A stretch of DNA of 43,628 nucleotides, taken from positions 805,727 through 849,354 of the forward strand of contig BCKZ01000005.1 in NCBI GenBank assembly GCA_001600815.1. Reading direction: 5' to 3'. The position numbers and the translations under genes were made by a program. Every line of letters starts with the position of its first letter. Position 1 is the first letter of the stretch. The notes below the pieces were generated by a model, which saw nothing but the letters and a program-made list of their open reading frames with translations, had not been told where the DNA came from and did not search any database. The stretch comes from Alloascoidea hylecoeti. Taxonomy: Eukaryota. Positions 1-11,912 of the stretch are shown piece by piece.

Positions 1-139
1 CAAGTGTCATTTCTAATCCTCGAAATTATTCAGCGTCAACACCATTAACTTGATTTAAGGACTAGTCTGCTTCAACATAAGCTTAAACGTGATTATTCCA
101 ATCAAACATCTGAATCTTCAAGAAAAAATAATCTAAAAA

Positions 140-639
140 ATGTCCGCCGAAAATATCGAATCTTCTTTGTCCTATGCTGCTCTCATCTTAACTGATGCTG
201 AAGTTGAGGTTACTTCTGAAAAGTTACAAGCTTTAGTCAAGGCTGCTAATATCCATATTGACAGTGTATGCATAACTATATCTCTCAAATTGAAATGTTG
301 AAATTGAATATTACTTTGGTTATGGTATATCAGTTGCTTCATGCTGATTATCATTCTAATAGTATTATCTAATTTAATAAACTTCGAACACACAACGCAC
401 CTTTTAGTATAAATTACTGACATCTATTTTAGATCTGGGCTGATATTTTTGCCAAGGCTTTAGAGGGAAAGAATCTAAAGGAACTCCTTTTCAACATTTC
501 CGCTGGTCCTGCTGTTGCTTCTGCTGGTGGTGCTTCTTCCGGAGGTGCTGCTGCCGCCGCTGAAGAAGCTGAGGAAGAAAAGGCTGAATCAGAAGCTGAA
601 GAATCGGATGATGATATGGGATTTGGTTTGTTTGATTAA
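140..639 (+). CDS. RPP1: 60S acidic ribosomal protein P1; exons 140-265 and 433-639
   Basis: Spliced product [61 protein letters not shown]...[13 protein letters not shown]. Intron 266-432 has a GTATGC donor, TACTGAC branch point and TAG acceptor (phase 0). Missed by the ORF track. Confidence 0.97.
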
Positions 640-1036
640 AATGTCTGATTTTATGTAATATATGAACATTTGAGATTTATTGTTAATGTCTATGGGGCAA
701 TATTATTGTGATGGATTATATAACTACATTGTTAATCTAACCATTTAAATCAATTACAAATGATACTAAAAGTGAAATTGTAGATTACCTATTAGTTTAA
801 TTTGTAATGTTATCCATATGTATATAAAATATCATGCTCATGAAGGGTTTTATTTTCTATAGTACTGATGATTATATTATGCAACTTTACAACTCATGAT
901 TATCATAGTGTATTGCACTTGTGTACATGTATAACTTATATTCTTTTCACCTATTCATAACATTATTTTCGAATAGAAGGAATTGCTATCTTCTTTTACA
1001 TTTATTACAGAGCTTTTCACAGAATTGTTTTGATAG

Positions 1037-1071
1037 AAATAAACCCATACATCTAGAATTTCCTAATTAGG
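1037..1071 (+). promoter_or_regulatory. Rap1-like site (AAACCCATACAT) next to an Mcm1-like site (TTTCCTAATTAGG) upstream of RPS16
   Basis: Matches the ACCCRTACAY core and the CC(A/T)6GG Mcm1 core about 200-230 bp before the RPS16 ATG. A 29/35 identical copy lies at 30513-30547. Confidence 0.6.
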
Positions 1072-1113
1072 TGGAAATGTCAGAAAGCATTCTACGATCA
1101 AAGTTATATGTTT

Positions 1114-1121
1114 TGTGACTG
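1114..1121 (+). promoter_or_regulatory. Homol-D box (TGTGACTG)
   Basis: Exact match to the CAGTCACA/TGTGACTG ribosomal-protein promoter element, about 150 bp upstream of the RPS16 ATG. Confidence 0.6.
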
Positions 1122-1269
1122 CCAAATACCATAAATGGCAACTACGTATGTGTTATATCCAGACTGTCAGCGTAAATATCAGAACCTCTGATGCTCAAAC
1201 ATCAAGGACCATACCGAAACTGAAAGCCAAAGGAAATAATTCAATTTATCAAATAATTAAAAGGTCAAA

Positions 1270-2028
1270 ATGGCTGCCCAAACATCCAGTGTTCCAAGTG
1301 TTCAGGTATGCTCAATTTAAAATAATTATGTCGTATGATTATCGTCTGTAGTTTGCTGGTTAAATGTGAATTCATGAGATTTGGATAATATTTAATGAAA
1401 TTTGGACTTAGAATGAACGAATAAAGAAGATATATAAACCAATTCATTCAACATATCAATATATTATTATTACAACAAGAGATATTCAAATTTTAGAATC
1501 AGTCTAGTATCTAGTAAATTTGTTCGATATTTACAAACCATGGTTCAACAACAACAGACTTTAAATCACACGCATATGCTAAACAGATGATGAATAATTT
1601 CGCTAACTATATTATGATAGACGTTCGGTAAGAAGAAGACAGCTACCGCCGTTGCCCATGTCAAACAGGGTTCCGGTCTCATCAAGGTCAACGGCTCACC
1701 AATCACTCTTGTTGAACCTGAAATCCTTCGATTCAAAGTCTATGAACCTCTTTTAATCGTAGGTTTAGACAAATTTGCCAATATTGATATCAGAGTTAGA
1801 GTTACTGGTGGTGGTCACGTCTCTCAAGTTTATGCTATCCGTCAAGCTATTGCGAAAGGTGTTGTCGCTTATCATCAAAAATATGTCGATGAACAATCCA
1901 AGAATGAATTAAAGAAAGCTTTTGTCAGTTATGATAGAACATTATTGATTGCTGATTCAAGAAGATCAGAACCAAAGAAATTCGGTGGTCCAGGTGCCCG
2001 TGCCCGTTACCAAAAATCTTATCGTTAA
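1270..2028 (+). CDS. RPS16: 40S ribosomal protein S16 (uS9); exons 1270-1305 and 1621-2028
   Basis: [39 protein letters not shown]...[17 protein letters not shown]...[19 protein letters not shown]. Intron 1306-1620 has GTATGC, GCTAAC and TAG. Confidence 0.98.
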
Positions 2029-2716
2029 ATCCCCCCAAGACAATATCATCATCATCATCATCATCAAACAACTTATCAGATGCAATTTGTGAAAATATAT
2101 TTGTTCATGCATATACATTATATTTTGTCCTCCTTAATTTACTATGTGGATGGCTTAGTTCACCGCTTGCTTATAACTAGAAAGTCATGTAATATGAATC
2201 CATTTCCTGTTTTATTTTGTACTCTTGATCGTAATTGTAAACTAATACTCTATTTATACTAATATCTGATTCAAGGCATTATAGTTATATTGGTGTCATA
2301 CAAAGTATAATAAAAGTAACTTAAGCTCGTAAATATTTACATGTATTAGATTCCAATTGCAATCATCTATTTCCCTGTTTTTAGAAGAAAACAAGCTTTC
2401 TTGGTGATTAAATTTACCAACTCTTCCTTCAAATCTTGGGCTTCTTTATTCTTAAGTGGCAGCTAAACTAATATTATGATTTATTATTTTCAACTCGAGA
2501 AAGTGCTGAAATCAATTGTAAGTTACTTAAGCTTTTTTCTTTTCAACTCATGTCACATTCTTGATTTATTGATAGGTTAAAATCTCGAGTCTTTGTTTTA
2601 GATAGTCAGATTTTCTATATGATTATATATACCTTCTTGTGTATTTCGTGCGTTATCTTGTGAAACAAATTTAATATATAATATTTTTATATTAAATTTG
2701 ATATACTAAAAGATAA

Positions 2717-2754
2717 ACGCGTCACGACAATTGTGTGTAGCACTGTGTACGCGT
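2717..2754. promoter_or_regulatory. Two MCB elements (ACGCGT)
   Basis: ACGCGT at 2717-2722 and 2749-2754, about 280-310 bp upstream of the ORF at 3030. Suggests MBF (G1/S) control. Confidence 0.55.
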
Positions 2755-3029
2755 GTTTTAAGACCTTATATGACTATCGCAATCATTCTTAAATACCGTA
2801 CACATAGAATTACCGAGTACAAATATTTATTTGCTATTCAAATATTCTTTTATAGGAAGACTTTTTTTTTATGTGTTTAAGTATTGTTAATTTTTATAGT
2901 TAATATTACAAATCCTGTGAGTAGTAGTAACTGCTACTTTAATTCTATCAACTTATAAACTATTTCATCTACTACAACACTACCATTTTACAACTAAAAT
3001 TTCTCCCCACTTCTTCAATTTTATAAGCC

Positions 3030-4319
3030 ATGAGTCTCATAACTGAAAATCATAAAGTACAATTAAATGCAGAGACTGACAAATTATTAGTACCCGAGCC
3101 AAATAGTGTGTCGCCGTTATTGGCGGGAAGTAATAGGAAAGCTACGCGTCGCGAACATCCTGAACAAGTCAAAAATAATTTCGCAACCAAAGAATCCAAA
3201 AATAATGATGACAGCGCTGTCACTGAAATTGAACAGAATGATAAAGAAAATGATCTCTCTATTAACTTGGACAATGATACAAGCAGGTTTAAATTTAAAG
3301 ATTACGCGCCATCAAAAGATTACCAAGTTCCTTCGAATTTAGATAATTCCAGGCTTAAAAATATTCATATCAGTGAGACGAGTAAATCTTTTAACTTGCT
3401 GTCGAAAGAACCGAAAGATTATGTATTCAATAGTCACGAAAAGACACAATCGTTAGATAATTCAGACAGGCGTATAAGTCACCATTTACCGGATGCAATT
3501 GATTTAAATGAACACAGATATATTCCAAATAATGATCAAGATGACTCGAATATCTCCCAAGAGTCATCCAATGATTTGGGTTCACAAAGTTCAAGCCAAA
3601 GTGTCGGGACAAATATAACAAACGCGAGTCCAACATTAAATGACTTTAAACAATGGCATATATTATCAGAAAATGAATTTGGTAATACAAACATAGAAGA
3701 ATTAAGGTCCACACTTCTACTTGCTAATAAATTAATACCAAGTTTAACTGATGAATTAACTAAAACGCGAAATATCGCTTCTCAATTTCAAATGCGAAAT
3801 AAGCTCCTAGTTATGGAAACAACTGAAGCAGCACAAAGATACGAAGTTGAAAATAATATAATTAAAAAAGAAGTTGAAATGCTAAGAGCTAATGCACTTC
3901 GTTTTCATCTTTATAGTAGTCAACTTAATTCTGGCAGTGTTGAAACTCAATCAGCATCATCAAACATAAACTCAATTAATGACACCTACCAGACTTCAGC
4001 AATCAACACAAGAAGAAGAAAACAATCTGACTCTGGAAAATACAAGGCTAAGCTGAAAAAGGCAAACGCTAGATTAAAGGCCTACCATCAATCTCTTAAG
4101 GAAAAGATTTCTGAAATCGCTAGATTGAAGAGTAGCATAACAAAATATAACACACCGGATCCAATCTCGCTAAGACTAGGTAATAATAGTTCTGCACCTC
4201 CTACAAGATTACAGGCCTTAGGATTCTTAGCAAATGAAGCCTTAAACGAGGCAATAAGTCGTCCACTATCATTTTCAGAAAGTCAAGAACGCTTCAAGAG
4301 GAGAAAAACCGAGGAATGA
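3030..4319 (+). CDS. Fungal coiled-coil protein of unknown function (429 aa)
   Basis: Long ORF with a disordered N-terminus, a helical core (NKLLVMETTEAAQRYEVENNIIKKEVEMLR), a second coiled coil and basic NLS-like stretches (RRRKQ, RFKRRK). Confidence 0.8.
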   Translation: MSLITENHKVQLNAETDKLLVPEPNSVSPLLAGSNRKATRREHPEQVKNNFATKESKNNDDSAVTEIEQNDKENDLSINLDNDTSRFKFKDYAPSKDYQVPSNLDNSRLKNIHISETSKSFNLLSKEPKDYVFNSHEKTQSLDNSDRRISHHLPDAIDLNEHRYIPNNDQDDSNISQESSNDLGSQSSSQSVGTNITNASPTLNDFKQWHILSENEFGNTNIEELRSTLLLANKLIPSLTDELTKTRNIASQFQMRNKLLVMETTEAAQRYEVENNIIKKEVEMLRANALRFHLYSSQLNSGSVETQSASSNINSINDTYQTSAINTRRRKQSDSGKYKAKLKKANARLKAYHQSLKEKISEIARLKSSITKYNTPDPISLRLGNNSSAPPTRLQALGFLANEALNEAISRPLSFSESQERFKRRKTEE

Positions 4320-4610
4320 TGGATAAATCAATTTTTTTGTTGTTGTTTTTATCTTATTATTTATTCTTCCTCTATTTCATGAATTTTATCTCACATTATT
4401 ATATTACCATTTCTTAACTTTTTTTTCCATTGGTAATATTAATATGTTTACAGATCTTTACTGCAAACGTAAAAGGAACTTTTCGATTCGCTATAGAATC
4501 CATTAAAAAAGATCAATTTATTTGAAAGTTTATGATAAAAGTTTAGTAAGTCCATTAATTAATACCGATAAAGAGAATGAAGGTATAAGTTATGTGTTGA
4601 GTAGAAAGTT

Positions 4611-5219
4611 TCAATTATCATCTTTGATTTCATTTTCCCGGTTTTTATCTATAGTTGTTTTTTTTAAATATGATGAGCCAAAAAAAGTTAAACAAGCAGC
4701 CAAAGCTAAGAAAAAGGGCATTGATTGCCATCTTTTTCGTTTATTAATGTCACTTTCTTTCCAAGAAATCGTGGAATTGTACGGAATTTCAGGGGCCGAA
4801 GATGTCCCGTCAGCTATGGCAGGTTTATAATCTAACACTTTCAGTGCTCCACAGTTGACATATTTTTGTAGATCTTTTCCATTCTTAGAAATGAGGTGTC
4901 GTTGTTCATCATTTAATTTCATAATGTCTGTCACTGAGATCTGTCTCTGTCTGGCCAATACACTTATTTGTTTTAATTCCTCCACTTCCGCCTCTTTTGG
5001 AATTCTAGGAGTTCCGTCATAATTCTGAAAAATATTCCCTCCATTTGGAAGAATATCCAATCTATTTCTGATTTCCCTTTCAAAACTCTCAGAGAATACA
5101 TCAAAACCTAATGATGGAAAGTGCTCTGATATGCTTGCTCTGAGTATTACAGTTGTTGAAAATGTCCTACGCCTGACTGATAATAAAGGATACCTTCGAA
5201 CCAATAACTGAATGCTCAT
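4611..5219 (-). CDS. Putative mitochondrial single-pass membrane protein (about 202 aa; upstream ATG at 5252 also possible)
   Basis: MSIQLLVRRYPLLSVRRRTFSTT resembles an Arg-rich presequence with an R-x-F-S cleavage motif. One hydrophobic helix (PFFLALAACLTFFGSSYL) near the C-terminus. Divergent from CTR9. Confidence 0.75.
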   Translation of the reverse strand: MSIQLLVRRYPLLSVRRRTFSTTVILRASISEHFPSLGFDVFSESFEREIRNRLDILPNGGNIFQNYDGTPRIPKEAEVEELKQISVLARQRQISVTDIMKLNDEQRHLISKNGKDLQKYVNCGALKVLDYKPAIADGTSSAPEIPYNSTISWKESDINKRKRWQSMPFFLALAACLTFFGSSYLKKTTIDKNRENEIKDDN

Positions 5220-5418
5220 ATTTTGTCTAGAATATATATTGGCATGATCCAAACGAAAAAGTGGTTTATATCTGAATATATACTAATTTTATGTATGGCA
5301 TTTGCTACTTGATATCCGGGTAAAAACAGCATTTGAAAAATCCCTTCACCTCAACCTCAGTTACTTTGCTAAACCACTCTTTTTTCCCCAGGTAGTCCAA
5401 CGAGCTGTGTTGTGAAAA

Positions 5419-8400
5419 ATGTCCCAAACCTCCTTGGAAATTACCTCTTCCCAGGATAGAGAGTCATCAATCCAATATTATCTTAGTGAGCCAATATCAA
5501 CAACAATCGATATTCCACTTAGAGATGATGGTGAAGTTGTCACTATCGACTTAACAGAGGAACTTCCAGAAGACCCAACAGACTTGTGTGTATTGCTTGA
5601 AAATGAGTCGGCACGAAAACAATATTGGATTGCAGTTGGTGTATGTTTTTCTCTTCTATATCTGGAGAATGACACAAGAAAGAGGGGACTAATATCTATT
5701 TTAGAATGCTTATGCCTCCCAAGGCAGGATTGACGATGCCATCGAGGTGATAAATCGTGGATTAAGGTGTAAGTACTATACGTTACTATGATACAAAAGA
5801 AGATAATTCCTAACACGATTAAATAATGTATCAGTTAATGAAGGTTCTGAGGCCGATCAACTTTCTTTTCATACAACTTTAGCTTGGTTATACCTGAAAA
5901 AGCTAAGAACAATCCCTGAAATGCTTGAAGTGTCAGCTGGACAAAAAGATAAAGCTTTCTATTTGTCACAATCCACAACTATGTCAAATTCTGCCTCAAC
6001 GATAGATAATCAATGGGACCCTAATATTCTAGCTCGTGGTGCTCTACTCCTGGCGAGAGGAGACCAAAAACAAGCTCAGGAAGCCTTCGATACCGTCTTA
6101 CGCCATTCAGGTAATAACAATTTATTGGCTCTGATGGGGAAAGCACGTATTCTCCTTACTAAAAAACAGTATAGACCCGCCTTAAAGTATTATCAAAATA
6201 TACTAACACAAAATCCCCTGATAACGCCGGATCCTAGAATTGGTATTGGCCTTTGTTTTTGGTTCCTAGGACAAAAAGATCTAGCTTTCCAGGCTTGGGA
6301 GCGGTCGCTTGAATTATATCCAGATAGTGTTACAGCTAATTTATTAGTGGGATTATTCAAATACAACAAAGCATTTTCAAAATATTCGGATACAGATCCG
6401 GAGGAATTTAAGACTAACTATAGAGATGCTTTAAGTCATATCAACATTGCTTATAAAAAAGAGTCAAACAATCCCGCTGCCTGTGTTATTTTAGCTGCTT
6501 ACATGTATTCTAAACAAAACTTTGTTTCTGTTATAAATTTATGTGAAAAGGCTTTAGCATATTCGGATTTGCCTGCAATTCAAAGTGAAGCACATTTTTG
6601 GATAGCAAGATCTTTTTACCACCAAAAGCAATTCGTTCAAGCTGAGGAATACTTTAAAAAGGCAATTGATTCAATGGGATCTGTTGAATTCAAAGCTCTT
6701 GAATCATCAAAAGGTACAGCTGATTTAAAAAATATAGTCTTATCTGAAATTGGTAGAGGACAGTCACAATTAGCTCAAGGTAATATACCAGAAGCAATAG
6801 TTTCGTTTGAAAGAACCGTGAAAAATAATCCAAAATGTTTGGAAGCTGTTTTCATATTAGGTATGCTGTATTCAAAGGGGTCAAACAATAAAAATGCAAT
6901 ACCAAAATTATTGAATTATGTTCGTCTATCCGGTGATTCAAAATCAATGCAGTTGGTTGAAATTTTACATACATTATCCCGTCTTCATGAAGGTGATAAT
7001 AACACAAAAGCATTAGATTTTTTGTCAAAGGCTGTTACAATGACACAAGAATTGGGCGTTCAAGTACCAGCAGAAGCTCAAAATAACCTCGGTGTTTTTC
7101 ATTATGATAAAGGTAATTTCGAATCCGCAAAATCTTTATTCCAGGTTGCTTATGATGATATTAAATCGAAACTTGCTAACAATAAGGATCAGGGGGACAA
7201 TAAAGATACTGAACATTATCAATCATTATTAGTTACATTAAAATTTAATCTTGCTAGGTCGGATGAAGCTGCCGGAAACATCCAAGAAGCTTGTAAACAA
7301 TATGAAGAAATACTTTCAGAAGAACCTGATTATGTTTCCGCAAGTATTCGATTATGTTATTTAGATATCTTGGACGATATTTCAACTGGTGAAGAAAAAA
7401 TTAAAAAAATACTTGATGAAGAACCAAATGACTTGGAAGTCAGATCATTATTTGGTTGGTATTTACGTCGTCAAAAAATGTTTAATCCAAAATTAATTGC
7501 TGGAAATGCAGAATCAGAGCACCATAAATCCACATTGTTAAATAATGATCATAAACATGATTGTTTCGCTTTAATTTCACTTGGTAATGTTTATTGTACA
7601 ATTGCAAGAGAAATTCGTCCGTCAACACCACCAGAATTAGAAAAGAAAAATAATTCTTACAGAAGCGGTGCTCAACTTTTCATGAAAGCACTTAATATCG
7701 ATCCACAAAATGTCTTTGCTGCTCAAGGTATTGCAATTATTCTATGTGAGACTAAACAATTTTCTGTTGCTTTAGAAATATTTAGAAAAATTAGAGAAAC
7801 ATTAAATGATGTCTCTATTTATATTAATATGGGTCATTGTCTTGTTGAGTTAAGGCAATACGCTAAAGCAATTGAATCGTATGAAATTGCTTTCAAAAGA
7901 TTCTCAAACGGTAAAGATACTAGATATTTATCATTATTAGGTAAAGCATGGTATTTACGTGGAATGGAAGAAAAAAGTTTAGAAGCTTTACAAACTGCAC
8001 TAGATTATTCAAACCAAGCATTAGAATTATCTCCAGATAATCAAGGCTTTAAATTTAATGTTGCATTTGTTCAATTTCAAATTGCTGATTCGATTAGGAA
8101 AATATCGACAGGTCATCGCACGATTGAAGATATCGAGGGGGCATCGAAAGGTTTGGAAGAAGCAATTACTTCTTTTGAAGAAATTGCAGCTTCTAAATAC
8201 CCTCCTTATGCACCAGCGGATATTAAAATGAGAGCTGATATGGCCAAAAATACAGTTCGAAAACAACTCAAATCCGCATTGAACGATCAGGAAGAATATA
8301 ATGAAAATGCCAAACATAAAATTGCGGAAGCACGTAAAATCAGAGAGAATGAAAGGGCAAAACTCGAAACTGAAAGGAGGATCAAAGAGGAAGCCGAAGC

Positions 8401-8911
8401 AAGACGACAACAGAAAATTGCTGAAGAACGTAAAAAACTACAGGAACAGGCACAGGAATGGGTTTCAAGAACTCAAGATGAATTAATGAATGAAGAAAAC
8501 GAAGAACCTAAACCAAAAAGAGGTAATGGACGCCGGGGCCAAAAGAAGGAAGATTTTATTGATTCTGATGATGGAGATGATAATAAAAGCGTTAGTTCAG
8601 AAGACAGTGCTAAAGGAACAGATGATGAACACATTGGTAATGGCGAATTTCGTAAGCACTCGAAAAAGAAGAATAGAAGACGTAAGAGCGGTCCGGTTAC
8701 TGATGCTGATCGGTCTTCAAAACGAAGAAAGCTTGTGAAAAAACAATATAGATCAGAGGAAAGAGTTGTTGATAGTGACGAGGATATGGATTCTAATGAG
8801 TTCGAGGATGGAAAAGAGAACGGCAACGGTGATGATAGTAAGAAGGAGAAGGAAGTTAATGAGGAAAAGAAGAATGGCAACTCAGACGATAACATGGATG
8901 ATCTGTTTTGA
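5419..8911 (+). CDS. CTR9: Paf1 complex TPR subunit Ctr9; exons 5419-5640, 5705-5768, 5835-8911
   Basis: N-terminal IDIPL...ELPEDPTDLCVLLENE..YWIAVG, PDPRIGIGLCFW, many TPRs, NVFAAQGIAI and a charged tail. Introns 5641-5704 (GTATGT..TAG) and 5769-5834 (GTAAGT..CCTAAC..CAG) join the ORF-track pieces in frame. Confidence 0.95.
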
Positions 8912-9091
8912 TCAAGAAGATGTGCCTCTAAAAACTCAAGGTAAACTTGGATCCGTTTTCGTATAAGAATGTAATTGATATTGAAAAATAAAAAACATAA
9001 CTATTTTAAGAACTGTGTAAGCCTTATAGATATATATCAGTATGGTATACAGCATGTAATGTACAATAATGCAAAACTAAATTTAAATCAA

Positions 9092-9740
9092 CTATTTCTT
9101 TGTAATCCATTTCACTAATTCCTTCCGCGATTCTTGAGCCGTTCTGAATACTAGACAAATATAAGTTAGTTATAAATTCCCTTGTGATGGGTAAAAATAA
9201 AAAAAATGACACTTACAGCTCTTTTCGAAGTCATCGAACAGTTCAGCGTATCGACTTTCTTGATCACTTCGTAAGTTACTAGCATAATCATAAATAGTAG
9301 CAGCTCGAGCTCTCAAAGCCTATGAAATTATTAGAAATTGACATCACATGAGTATAAAAATAGAAAGAAAAACTCACTTCACGAACAACATCTGCTAACT
9401 CACGATCTTCAAAAAGTCCTAACCACCTCTCAGCTAATTTATAAAACTGAGGCATAATTCTATGAAGATCAAGTACTGTGGCATCTGATTTTAACCAATT
9501 AATTACTGAATTACCAAGAAATTTGGGTCTTTTTATCGTCATCATAAATTCTTGAGTTGAACCTGTTAGTGTAGTTGTTGCAAGTGGTTCCGTAAGCCAC
9601 AGAGGTAGTTCTGTAACTGTTCCTTTAAAAACAGGACCTGACTGAGAATCTGTTAGAAAGCCTAAACCCTCAGCATCAAAGTTCACAGTACATTCGAGTC
9701 GTTCAAAATCAGCAGATATGTCGTCGAGATCATAATACAT
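9092..9740 (-). CDS. PSF3: GINS complex subunit Psf3; exons 9740-9378, 9319-9217, 9150-9092
   Basis: MYYDLDDI...GLGFL...ELPLWL...FYKLAERWL, continuing ALRARAATIYDYA..FDDFEKS|LFRTAQESRKELVKWITKK. Introns have GTGAGT and GTAAGT donors and TAG acceptors. Confidence 0.92.
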
Positions 9741-11912
9741 GTTGTGTGTGATTTGAAACTTCTATTCCGTTGAATAATAATAACATAGTTTATGACAAAT
9801 CAACCTCACATTGTTATGTAACACGCTATATTATTTATCACGTGAATAACTTCGGCGGAGACTTCAACCCGGGTGAAAGTATGCATAAGTTCCGGTATAG
9901 AGTATTCGATATCACTATAACAAATTGATTTATAATATGCTTATAAAAGGTATCAAACTTAGATTAGACTCAGAAGAATCTGGTAGAATTTATTATAAAT
10001 TTTATAAGCGTATGTCGTCCTTCAGAGCAGAGACCAAGTGAAATATATTTAATCTGCAGAAAGTGCACGTTTCAGCTGCTAATCAGGAGAGCGAGTCATG
10101 ACAATAGATATTCGAAAGAGCTCATATTTTCGATCCCCAAACCTTCTTGATTGTGTTGTCACGTGGACTTAATAAGCTTTATTTTATTTATATTACTTAT
10201 GAGAAAACAATTATACAATGAAATTGTGCTCTTTCTGTTACATGAAGCCCATATTTGACGTCCCTTACAGACTGTAATATAAACTAGTACAACACCATAT
10301 AGTTGGTTGGATTTGAATCTCATAACACTCAAATGGTGCTTGCACAACACTATAGAAGGATAATTATAAGATATATAGTTGTCTTATAGCTTCTAATTTG
10401 TATTTAAATCTCTGGGATATTGATGTAATTATTTGCATATGTATTCAATGAATATACAAGATCGTGAAAACTAATTATAACGTCAATGGAATTGCAATGT
10501 GCTACTTCAATTTTCTCAATAAGCCGATCCAGCAGTTGCGTACTAAAAAAGGTCACTAGAATCTATATAGCGTTGATATTTGTCGTATAGATTGGCGGGT
10601 CTTTGCTAATTAAAAGGGATCAAACCAGATCTCAGAATGGAGATCAGTAGGACTCACCACATGCCATGGCCACATTCATCGCTCTAAACATTGAAGTTAC
10701 ATCAAACGAATATTCTTTCGGTAATTATTTCTCTTTATTCAATATCTTACCAAACTTTTAATCCAAGTCAATATGGAATTTTGAGTAGTATGCTGATAAA
10801 TATTTACTCTTTTGTGGATAAACTGGTTGTAGGAACTTAAAGATTTTAATCTAAAATCCGAAATTAACCAGAAACACTCATACATACAATGTATTATATA
10901 ATTACCCTGAATCTATATTATGGCTCGGAATTTGATATATATATTTAAGCCATAAATAAAGATTAGATTGTATTGCGATTATTATACGATAATTATCTGT
11001 ACGTGTACAAGTAAACGTAAATCAATTGCGAGCTTTATAGGGTGGCAGTATGTAGGGCATAATAACTTGTTAGAATATCATTTATAATAGTGTGTTAGTA
11101 CCTCTGGGTAATCCTTTCCGTAAATAAATCGTTAGTATTCAGCTAGAAATATGAATATCGAATACTTAAAACTTATATGATGGCTATGTTTTGATGATAA
11201 TTGATCTTCATAGACCAATGTCAATTGTAATTACTATTTCAATCGCCTTTGAATTTACTTCATCTCTATATTAAGGTGTGGAGCGAATTTTGAAACATTA
11301 TTGCTGAATGGTTAATCAATATTAACATACTCAATCGTATATATACATTAAACACAATTGCAATGCAATTGACCCCGGAAATTTTGGATCACTCCAATTC
11401 ATATGAGTCCTAAGAAGACCATTGAATCATATAACTTATATATAGGACATATAAAGCATTATTATTTAGTGTATATATTATCGGTCTAATAGCATTGAAC
11501 AACGGAATTTGATCTTATCTAAAGAAATATTTGTAATAACATGAGCTAATAGATAATAAAATCACGAATAGTTATATATCTATCCTTGTTTGATTTAGAT
11601 TGACTTAAATAATTTTGTTTATAATATAAATTATATTTTGGTATTTACTTAGGAATCTTCTATATTTCCTTTTGTATAACATAATAAGAAATAAATCCGT
11701 AGTATAGGTACAACAATTGTATTGTTGTACAAGTATTGTTTAGTAAATGAAAAATCAATGAATGCAATGATTTTAAATATAAAAGACATATAAAGTGGTT
11801 TTAGACAAGGTGTTTTAAATATAGCTATATTATTAAAGAAATATAAAATAAGATCAATATCTTTTTCAGAAGTATAATTCAGAAAGTTAATTTGAAAATT
11901 TGAGTAGTGGTT

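Noticed and set aside
266..432. Intronic box C/D snoRNA in the RPP1 intron (ATGCTGA ... CTGA)
   Set aside because: The C box is imperfect, the CTGA is part of the branch point, and I found no terminal stem or rRNA antisense element.
1115..1351. 78-aa ORF as a possible RPL13 remnant
   Set aside because: Wrong strand for the conserved cluster, GTG start, only a chance-level KWQ resemblance, and it overlaps the RPS16 promoter and exon 1.
2045..2065. (ATC)7 microsatellite after RPS16
   Set aside because: Ordinary simple repeat in a 3' UTR.
2366..2463. Minus-strand exon-like stretch (LPLKNKEAQDLKEELVNLITKKACFLLKTGK)
   Set aside because: No convincing branch point, start codon or upstream exon could be linked to it.
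8027..8966. Short ORFs overlapping CTR9 (and similar ones within PYC, TUB2, DST1, the protease and the permease)
   Set aside because: Antisense or alternative-frame shadows of real genes with no independent motifs.
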